From Clostridia bacterium (GTDB lineage Bacteria; Bacillota; Clostridia; Oscillospirales; CAG-272), in the NCBI GenBank assembly GCA_017450885.1, contig JAFSSR010000023.1:1-37975 (forward strand): 37,975 nucleotides of DNA. The letters run 5' to 3'. A program made the translations under genes and the position numbers. The notes under the pieces are model-generated. The model was not told the origin of the DNA, did no database searches, and was given only the letters and a program-made list of their open reading frames with translations. Position 1 is the stretch's first letter. Every line of letters begins with the position of its first letter. Positions 1-5,621 of the stretch are shown here, one piece after another.

Positions 1-1419
1 AAGGAAGCGGAGATCCTTACGGGTCATCTTGCTATGCTTCAGGACCCGTTCATGGTCTCGCAGATGAACGATATGATCGACGGCGGATCGGTAGCCGAGG
101 CGGCGGCTGACACCGTCTGTACGATGTTCTACGATATGTTCGCCGGGATGGAAGACGAAATGATGCGCCAGCGCGCCTCTGATATAAAGGACATAAAGGA
201 CAGCCTTCTCGGACTGCTCCTCGGTGTAAAGACCGTGGATATCGCATCGGTCCCGGCGGGCTCGGTGCTGATTGCCAAGGACTTCACTCCGTCAATGACC
301 AGCCGCATCAACAAGGACAACGTCGCGGCGATAATCACGGAGGTCGGCGGCGTGACCAGCCATTCGGCGATCCTCGCCCGCGCGATGGGCATTCCCGCCG
401 CGCTCTCGGTCCCGAACTCCACGACGGCGATAAAGGACGGCGACAGCCTGATCGTAGACGGCTTCAAGGGCAAGGTCATAGTCGATCCGACCGACGCCGA
501 GATCAAGGAATACACCGCGCTTCAGGCGGCGTATCTCGAAGAGAAGGAGAGCCTGAAGGTATACTTCAACAAGCCCACGGTCACAAAGTCCGGAGCGCAT
601 AAGAAAGTTTATGGCAATATAGGCAAGGCGGAGGACGCGCAGAACGTAGTGCAGAACGGCGGGGAGGGGATAGGACTCTTCCGCACCGAGTTCCTGTTTA
701 TGGACCGCGACCACGCCCCGACCGAGGAGGAGCAGTTCGAGGCTTACTCTACTGTGGCAAAGGCGATGGGACAGCGGGAGGTCATAATCCGCACGCTGGA
801 CATCGGAGGCGACAAGGCGATAGACTATCTTGCGATCGAAAAGGAGGAGAACCCCTTCCTCGGGCATCGCGCCATCCGCTACTGCCTCGACAACAAGCCG
901 CTATATAAGACGCAGCTCCGCGCGATACTGCGCGCCGCGCAGTTTGGAGATATCAAGATCATGCTTCCGCTGGTCACGACGGTGGACGAGGTCAGGGAGG
1001 CGAAGGCTCTCGCCGAGGAATGCGCCGCCGAGCTCGAAGCGGAAGGGAAGGAGTTCCGCCGCGTCCCGGTAGGAATAATGGTGGAGACGCCGTCGGCGGC
1101 TCTCATCTCCGATCTTCTCGCAAAGGAGGCGGCGTTCTTCTCGATCGGCACAAACGATCTCACCGGGTATACGATGGCGGTCGATCGCGGCAACGCCAAG
1201 GTCAGCCACCTTTACGACGCCTTCCAGCCGAGCGTTCTCCGCGCCATCGAGATGACGATAAAGAACGCAAAGGCGGCGGGGATAATGGTCGGTATGTGCG
1301 GCGAGGCGGCGGCGGATCCGAGGCTGATCCCCAAGCTTGTCGAGTGGGGACTGGACGAATTTTCGGTCACGCCATCCTCGATACTCCGCACCCGCAAGAA
1401 CATCTGCGACTGCGAATGA
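1..1419 (+). CDS. ptsI: phosphoenolpyruvate-protein phosphotransferase (PTS enzyme I), C-terminal part; 5' end lies outside the window
   Basis: The frame is open from nt 1 (KEAEILTGHLAMLQDP...), so the Met at 34 is internal. PEP-utilising enzyme motifs are present (GGVTSHSAILARAMGIPA, TIM-barrel C-terminal domain, ...GTNDLTGY...). Stop TGA at 1417-1419. Confidence 0.9.
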   Translation, partial: KEAEILTGHLAMLQDPFMVSQMNDMIDGGSVAEAAADTVCTMFYDMFAGMEDEMMRQRASDIKDIKDSLLGLLLGVKTVDIASVPAGSVLIAKDFTPSMTSRINKDNVAAIITEVGGVTSHSAILARAMGIPAALSVPNSTTAIKDGDSLIVDGFKGKVIVDPTDAEIKEYTALQAAYLEEKESLKVYFNKPTVTKSGAHKKVYGNIGKAEDAQNVVQNGGEGIGLFRTEFLFMDRDHAPTEEEQFEAYSTVAKAMGQREVIIRTLDIGGDKAIDYLAIEKEENPFLGHRAIRYCLDNKPLYKTQLRAILRAAQFGDIKIMLPLVTTVDEVREAKALAEECAAELEAEGKEFRRVPVGIMVETPSAALISDLLAKEAAFFSIGTNDLTGYTMAVDRGNAKVSHLYDAFQPSVLRAIEMTIKNAKAAGIMVGMCGEAAADPRLIPKLVEWGLDEFSVTPSSILRTRKNICDCE

Positions 1420-1434
1420 TCATATGACCTCTTT

Positions 1435-1471
1435 CCGGGGCGAAGAGCTTACTTTGCCCCGGATTTTTATT
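1435..1471 (+). terminator. rho-independent terminator of ptsI
   Basis: Stem CCGGGGC(1435-1441)/GCCCCGG(1456-1462), followed by ATTTTTATT. Confidence 0.7.
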
Positions 1472-1498
1472 GAATTTCGCGGATATGTATAGTATAAT
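1470..1498 (+). promoter_or_regulatory. sigma-A-type promoter for the 1529-3077 operon
   Basis: TTGAAT (1470-1475), 17-nt spacer, TATAAT (1493-1498). RBS AAAGGAG lies 8 nt before ATG 1529. Confidence 0.6.
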
Positions 1499-1528
1499 GT
1501 ACTTATCAAAAGAAAAGGAGATATTTAT

Positions 1529-2002
1529 ATGACGCTCGATGAAAAAACTATAGTCGGAATATACGAGGCTGCGAAAGTGAAGTCGTTCATTGACGGCAAA
1601 TTTGAATTTCATACCCGTGACGAGGTAAAGGCCGATCTCGAAAAGAAGCTCGCCGCGGGCGAGATCGAAGAGGACGAGCTGAACGACGGTCTGCAGGGCT
1701 TTGACTCGCTCTTTGAGTTTACGGCGGATCATATAGTCAACAACCTCATGCCGGTCCCGGACGGGGTCTCCGAGGAAGAGCTGCGCGAGGCGGTCGAGTC
1801 GGGCGAGGTCGCGGGCGTGAAGGACGGGTATATCGTTCTTCCCGCAAACGAGTGGAAGGCGGAGGACGGAAGGCTTTATTATAACTCCGGCGAGAGCCGC
1901 GAGCTCTTCGGCGAGGAGCAGTCACCCTGGGACGAGCTGACGCTCGACGACGAGGGGCTGATGGACTTCGGCTCCGGTATGTTCAAGCTGAGAAAGAGAT
2001 AA
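1529..2002 (+). CDS. hypothetical acidic cytoplasmic protein (157 aa), first gene of a 3-gene operon
   Basis: Good RBS. Coding-like composition with no TM segments and D/E-rich sequence. I recognise no family. A 4-nt gap separates it from the next gene. Confidence 0.6.
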   Translation: MTLDEKTIVGIYEAAKVKSFIDGKFEFHTRDEVKADLEKKLAAGEIEEDELNDGLQGFDSLFEFTADHIVNNLMPVPDGVSEEELREAVESGEVAGVKDGYIVLPANEWKAEDGRLYYNSGESRELFGEEQSPWDELTLDDEGLMDFGSGMFKLRKR

Positions 2003-2006
2003 AACC

Positions 2007-2543
2007 ATGGGCAGAGCTTCCACGAAAAAGGACAAGAGCGTTTTCCAGCTCGCGCGCGAGAAGGCGGGGCTGACCCGCGAGGCGGCGAGCGGACTTTTTG
2101 AAGCCGCCGGCTGGCAGGGCATCTCGCCCGAGCGTATCGAGCGCATCGAAAGCGGCAGGGTGGAAAACCCCGAGCCGTACGACGTGCTTGCCATGTCGGA
2201 GATCTATCGCGATCCCGCTCTCTGCAACTACTATTGCACCCAGCGGTGCAAGATCGGCGAGCGCTACGCCCGTGAGATCTCCGCGGAGGAGGTCCCGCAG
2301 ATCGTACTTGAGCTCATCGCCTCGATAAACCGCTTTTCCGAACGCCGCGACCGCCTTGTCGAGATCTTTTCCAACGGCCGCGTCGATGAGGATCAGGTCG
2401 AGGACTTTGCGTGTATTCAAAAAGAGCTCGAGCGCATCTCCGCGTCGGTCGACTCGCTTCGGTATCAGACCGAAAAGATGCTCGCCGACGGCGCGATAGA
2501 CGAAAAGCAGTACCGCGAGGCGAAGAGGAAGATCAAAGAATAA
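2007..2543 (+). CDS. XRE-family helix-turn-helix transcriptional regulator with Cys cluster (C-x3-C-x3-C) and C-terminal coiled coil
   Basis: N-terminal HTH_XRE signature (FQLAREKAGLTREAASGLFEAAGWQGISPERIERIESGRV), then CNYYCTQRC, then a charged helical tail. Its stop TAA (2541-2543) abuts ATG 2544. Confidence 0.65.
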   Translation: MGRASTKKDKSVFQLAREKAGLTREAASGLFEAAGWQGISPERIERIESGRVENPEPYDVLAMSEIYRDPALCNYYCTQRCKIGERYAREISAEEVPQIVLELIASINRFSERRDRLVEIFSNGRVDEDQVEDFACIQKELERISASVDSLRYQTEKMLADGAIDEKQYREAKRKIKE

Positions 2544-3077
2544 ATGAAGTTCCGCTTATTTCTGAAAAGGCATAAATTCGCGATCGAGTTTGACGTGATA
2601 ATACTTGCGCTGATCCTTTTCTTTACATACGTTTTGATCACGTCGATCGACGTGAAAAACGGACGTCTCAACGAGTACACCGGGAAGATAGTATCGTATG
2701 CGGAAACAAGAGGGAAGCATACCGAATTCTTTTTGCTCGGGCTGGAAAACGGCGATTACGTCAAGGCGTCAAGTACCGACAGTACAAAACCGATAGGGGA
2801 GGACCTTCAGCAGTCTTTTGATAATAAGGATACGGTGACCGTCAGATATACAAGACAGTTCAGCCTGTTCTCTTTTAAGTATCATACTGTTATCTCGCTA
2901 ACCTGCGGAGGCGAGGAGATCATATGCGTCGAGGAGACCACAGAAAGAGAGATCGCTTACGGAAATATTGCCAAAGGTATTATCGTTTTTTGTATAGTTG
3001 CTTTGGTCGCTCAGATCCTTATAGTGCTGATTGTCAAAGGTAAGATAAGGATCAAATATAAGAAGAAAAAAGAATAA
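2544..3077 (+). CDS. small two-TM membrane protein with a beta-rich extracytoplasmic domain between the helices (DUF3592-like architecture)
   Basis: Hydrophobic helices at about residues 12-34 and 150-172, with a Lys-rich C-tail. AT-richer than its neighbours. The family assignment comes from architecture only. Confidence 0.55.
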   Translation: MKFRLFLKRHKFAIEFDVIILALILFFTYVLITSIDVKNGRLNEYTGKIVSYAETRGKHTEFFLLGLENGDYVKASSTDSTKPIGEDLQQSFDNKDTVTVRYTRQFSLFSFKYHTVISLTCGGEEIICVEETTEREIAYGNIAKGIIVFCIVALVAQILIVLIVKGKIRIKYKKKKE

Positions 3078-3086
3078 AATAGTCCA

Positions 3087-3135
3087 CCCGGTCTATTTTT
3101 CGATTTACGAAAAATAGACCGGGTTATTTTGCTTT
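3087..3135 (+). terminator. rho-independent terminator after the 3-gene operon
   Basis: Perfect 16-bp stem CCCGGTCTATTTTTCG / CGAAAAATAGACCGGG with loop ATTTA, then TTATTTTGCTTT. Confidence 0.85.
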
Positions 3136-3218
3136 ACCGATCATTTATTCCGGCTTGAAAATCGTGTATCATATAACCGTCGGGTCGAGAATATACGATT
3201 AGTAAAGGAGTAAAAACA

Positions 3219-4790
3219 ATGAACGGATTTCTCATTCCCATCTGCATCGCCGCTGGCGCGGCGGTGGTACTTATCATCTTCCTCTGCCGCATCTACAGGG
3301 TCGCCGACATCGACAAGGCCCTGATCATCACCGGCGGCAAGGAGCCCAAGATCAAGGTTTCGGGCGGATCGTTCGTCATTCCGATCTTCCGCAAGGCGCA
3401 GTACTTCGATCTCTGCATGCTGACCGTTACCGCAGATCGCGATGAGGTCAAGACCAAGACCTCGGTGCCCATAGTCATCGACTGGACGGCACAGATCAGA
3501 CCCGACACCGAGAACATGGACAACCTCAAAAAAGCGATCATCTCCTTCAAGGAGCGCGGACAGAACGGCATCATCAACGACGTCCGTCTGACCCTCACCG
3601 GCGCGGTGCGCGACATAGTCGCCTCCATGACCCCGGAAGAGGTGCTACGCGACAAGGTGGTGTTCGCCGACAACGTAAAGAAGATAGTCGCCGACGAGAT
3701 GGTCAACATGGGCATGGAGCTTGTCTCCCTGAACATTCAGGACATCACCGACAACAACAGGTACTACGACAACATCGCCGCCCTCGATATGGAGGACAAG
3801 CGCCGCGAGGCGGAGAACAAGAAATCGGTCGTCGACGAGGCGGTCCGCACCCAGAAGGCGGAGTCCGAAAAGGTGGCTTCGCAGAACGAGCTGGCTTCCG
3901 AGCTCGCCGTCGCCGAAAAGCGCAGGGACAACAACCTCAAGATCGCGGGCTTCAAGGCGGAGACCGACAAGGCTGACGCCGACGCCGCGATCGCCGGCGA
4001 ACTGCAGATGACCATCCGTCAGCAGGAGGTCACCGAGCAGCAGGGTCGCATCAACGTCATCAAGCAGGAGCAGGCAAACCTCGCGGCTCTCAAGGAGAAG
4101 GAGGTCATAGCCACCCGCGCCCAGGCTGAAAAGCAGAAGAACCAGATCGAGGCGGAGGCTCAGGCGAACGTTCGCAAGATCACCGCGGACGCTTCCGTAG
4201 AGGTCGCGTCCAAGGAGGCGAACGCCATCAAGATCACCGCCGAGGCTCAGGCTGAAAAGACCCGCAAGGAGGGCACCGCGGTCGCCGACGTGACCAAGCA
4301 GAAGGGTCTCGCGGAGGCTGAAGTCATCCGCCAGAAAGGTCTCGCGGAGGCGGAGGTCGAGAAGCAGAAGCTGATGGCTCAGGCGGAAGGCGAGCAGGCT
4401 CTCGCGGAAGCACGCGCTTCCAACGACAAGGTCAACTTCGAGATCGAAAAGATCAAGATCGAAAACGAGGCCAAGATCACCATCGCCACCAAGACCGCCG
4501 AGATCATGGCAAACATCGGTCAGAACGCCGAGTTCGTCAACATCGGCGGAGGCGCCACCGGCGCCGGAGCGACCGGCAACGTCCTGCTGGACACCCTCGC
4601 CGGGATCCCCGGTCTGATGAAGACCCTCAACGCCGAAAATCAGGCGCTCAACGGCAAGTCCTTCAACGACGAGCTCCGCAATCTTGTCGCCAGCCTCGCA
4701 GAGCCGGTAAAGGGCGTGCTGTCAAACACCACCAATACCACAGTCAACGAGGCGCCCGCGCAGGTCTGCGAAGCGCCGGCCGCAGAGTAA
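3219..4790 (+). CDS. flotillin / SPFH (band-7) domain membrane-microdomain protein with a long Ala/Glu/Lys-rich coiled-coil
   Basis: N-terminal TM helix, then an SPFH domain (IITGGKEPKIKVSGGSFVIPIFRKAQYFDL...) and about 250 aa of EA-rich heptad repeats, as in FloT/YuaG-type flotillins. RBS AAAGGAG. Confidence 0.85.
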   Translation: MNGFLIPICIAAGAAVVLIIFLCRIYRVADIDKALIITGGKEPKIKVSGGSFVIPIFRKAQYFDLCMLTVTADRDEVKTKTSVPIVIDWTAQIRPDTENMDNLKKAIISFKERGQNGIINDVRLTLTGAVRDIVASMTPEEVLRDKVVFADNVKKIVADEMVNMGMELVSLNIQDITDNNRYYDNIAALDMEDKRREAENKKSVVDEAVRTQKAESEKVASQNELASELAVAEKRRDNNLKIAGFKAETDKADADAAIAGELQMTIRQQEVTEQQGRINVIKQEQANLAALKEKEVIATRAQAEKQKNQIEAEAQANVRKITADASVEVASKEANAIKITAEAQAEKTRKEGTAVADVTKQKGLAEAEVIRQKGLAEAEVEKQKLMAQAEGEQALAEARASNDKVNFEIEKIKIENEAKITIATKTAEIMANIGQNAEFVNIGGGATGAGATGNVLLDTLAGIPGLMKTLNAENQALNGKSFNDELRNLVASLAEPVKGVLSNTTNTTVNEAPAQVCEAPAAE

Positions 4791-4798
4791 TTACCCAA

Positions 4799-4836
4799 GG
4801 CGGGAGTGAGCTTTGCCCACTCCCGCCGTCTTTATT
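4799..4836 (+). terminator. rho-independent terminator of the flotillin gene
   Basis: Stem GGCGGGAGTG(4799-4808)/CACTCCCGCC(4818-4827), followed by GTCTTTATT. Confidence 0.75.
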
Positions 4837-5000
4837 GTCGTCGCACCCAAACGGCGCTTCAACCGGTAGGGCTGGGTTTTAACCCCGCCGTCTTCAATGT
4901 CGTCCCGCCCAAACGCTGTCATTGCGAGGAGCGAAGCGACGCGGCAATCCGTTTTCCCGCCTTCGTTATCGTCGCATCCGAACGGCGTTCGACCGTCGCC
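4822..5000. repeat. three diverged tandem copies (period ~62-72 bp) of a unit CCCGCC(G)TCTTyaaTGTCGTCgCAyCCrAACGgcG-TTCrAcc
   Basis: Copies start at 4822, 4884 and 4956. Copy 2 carries the CAAACGCTGTCATTGCGAGGA variant. Confidence 0.6.
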
Positions 5001-5190
5001 TTCCCCATCGGGGGACCCGTTCCCCACAGGTCTCGGCGAGCTCGATCTGCCGGGGACCCCTAGGGGCGGTGTCGCCGAAGGCGACGGATGAGGAGCTCGC
5101 GGAGCGTGAAAACGAAATCGGTTGCTGATTTATCGTTCAGGGGCACGGATTGCCACAGCCCCTTTGGGGCTTCGCAATGACAGCGTTTGA
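4908..5190. repeat. MITE-like segment bounded by imperfect inverted repeats containing CAAACGCTGTCATTGCGA (4910-4927 forward, 5172-5189 reverse) plus an inner GGCAATCCGT inverted pair
   Basis: Direct reading: ...CCCAAACGCTGTCATTGCGAGGAGCGAAGCGACGCGGCAATCCGTT... pairs with ...CACGGATTGCCACAGCCCCTTTGGGGCTTCGCAATGACAGCGTTTGAGCG. Confidence 0.5.
5071..5085. repeat. GTCGCC-GAA-GGCGAC hairpin (member of a recurring 6-bp-stem/3-nt-loop family; flank GGTG...GG)
   Basis: Further copies lie at 5206-5220 (loop TTC), 5376-5390 (TTC), 5510-5524 (TGC) and 37779-37793 (TGC). The stem is invariant and the loop varies. Confidence 0.7.
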
Positions 5191-5255
5191 GCGTGGAAAT
5201 GATGTGTCGCCTTCGGCGACGCTATCGAAAAGCTCCTTCCCCCGCGGCGCAGCCG

Positions 5256-5297
5256 TGGGGAGGGGGAGCTCCCGGCGGAGCCGGGTGAGGGGAGGGG
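5256..5297. repeat. left G-rich arm: TGGGGAGGGGGAG - hairpin CCCGGCGGAGCCGGG - TGAGGGGAGGGG; inverted partner at 5498-5540
   Basis: The 12-mer TGAGGGGAGGGG (5286-5297) is exactly reverse-complementary to CCCCTCCCCTCA (5498-5509). TGGGGAGGGGGA pairs with CCCCCTCCCCCA (5529-5540) with a 1-nt difference. Both arms carry a hairpin at the equivalent position. Confidence 0.65.
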
Positions 5298-5330
5298 TAA
5301 GGCTCGCTCCGCTCGCAATGAAGACTTAAG

Positions 5331-5369
5331 AATGAATAATGAAGAATGAATAATGAATAATGAATAATT
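5331..5369. repeat. heptamer micro-tandem repeat (GAATAAT)n, about 5.5 units, immediately 5' of a GGTGTCGCCTTCGGCGACGG hairpin
   Basis: Direct reading: GAAT GAATAAT GAAGAAT GAATAAT GAATAAT GAATAAT. Confidence 0.8.
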
Positions 5370-5397
5370 TCGGTGTCGCCTTCGGCGACGGTCTTAA

Positions 5398-5490
5398 CGA
5401 GATTTCGCCTGCGGCGAAACGAGATTTTTGCTTTCGCAAAAGCGAGATTTGCGCCTTGTGGCGCAAGCGAGATTCGCGGCGAAGCCGCGA
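5398..5490. repeat. array of four units, each an invariant CGAGATT linker followed by a different perfect hairpin (stems TTTCGCC/GGCGAAA, TTTTGC/GCAAAA, TTGCGCC/GGCGCAA, TCGCGGC/GCCGCGA)
   Basis: Linkers are at 5398-5404, 5420-5426, 5443-5449 and 5468-5474. Each intervening 15-18 nt segment is a self-complementary stem-loop whose sequence differs between units. Confidence 0.75.
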
Positions 5491-5497
5491 GCGGACG

Positions 5498-5540
5498 CCC
5501 CTCCCCTCAGTCGCCTGCGGCGACAGATCCCCCTCCCCCA
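5498..5540. repeat. right C-rich arm (reverse-complement copy of the 5256-5297 module) with embedded GTCGCC-TGC-GGCGAC hairpin
   Basis: See the left arm at 5256-5297. Together the arms bracket the 5298-5497 core holding the heptamer repeats and the CGAGATT hairpin array. Confidence 0.65.
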
Positions 5541-5621
5541 AGGGGAAAGCGGCGAGCCTAACGGCTGATGCTAATGACTTTCAACTTATACCCTGCGCCT
5601 CTCCATATCTGAAACTCGATA

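Noticed and set aside
34-1419. ptsI starting at Met-34
   Set aside because: The reading frame is open from nucleotide 1 and the upstream residues (KEAEILTGHLAML) continue the enzyme I sequence, so the gene is 5'-truncated by the window.
3145-3172. Promoter for the flotillin gene (TTATTC-16-TATCAT with adjacent TG, or TATAAC at 3172-3177)
   Set aside because: Several alternative hexamer pairings score similarly and none is near consensus, which is too uncertain to annotate.
4841-4900. tRNA-like or tRNA-fragment sequence (GGTAGGGCTGGGTTTTAACCCC) in the repeat region
   Set aside because: There is no cloverleaf, no anticodon arm and no acceptor-stem pairing. It is a single short hairpin within a tandem repeat unit.
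5398-5490. Possible CRISPR array (regularly spaced short repeats), here and at 37834-37975
   Set aside because: The constant element is only 7 nt (CGAGATT) and the variable parts are self-complementary hairpins. At the window end the 25-nt repeat recurs only twice, 115 bp apart. Neither fits CRISPR repeat or spacer dimensions (about 28-37 nt repeats with about 30-40 nt spacers). No cas genes are in the window.
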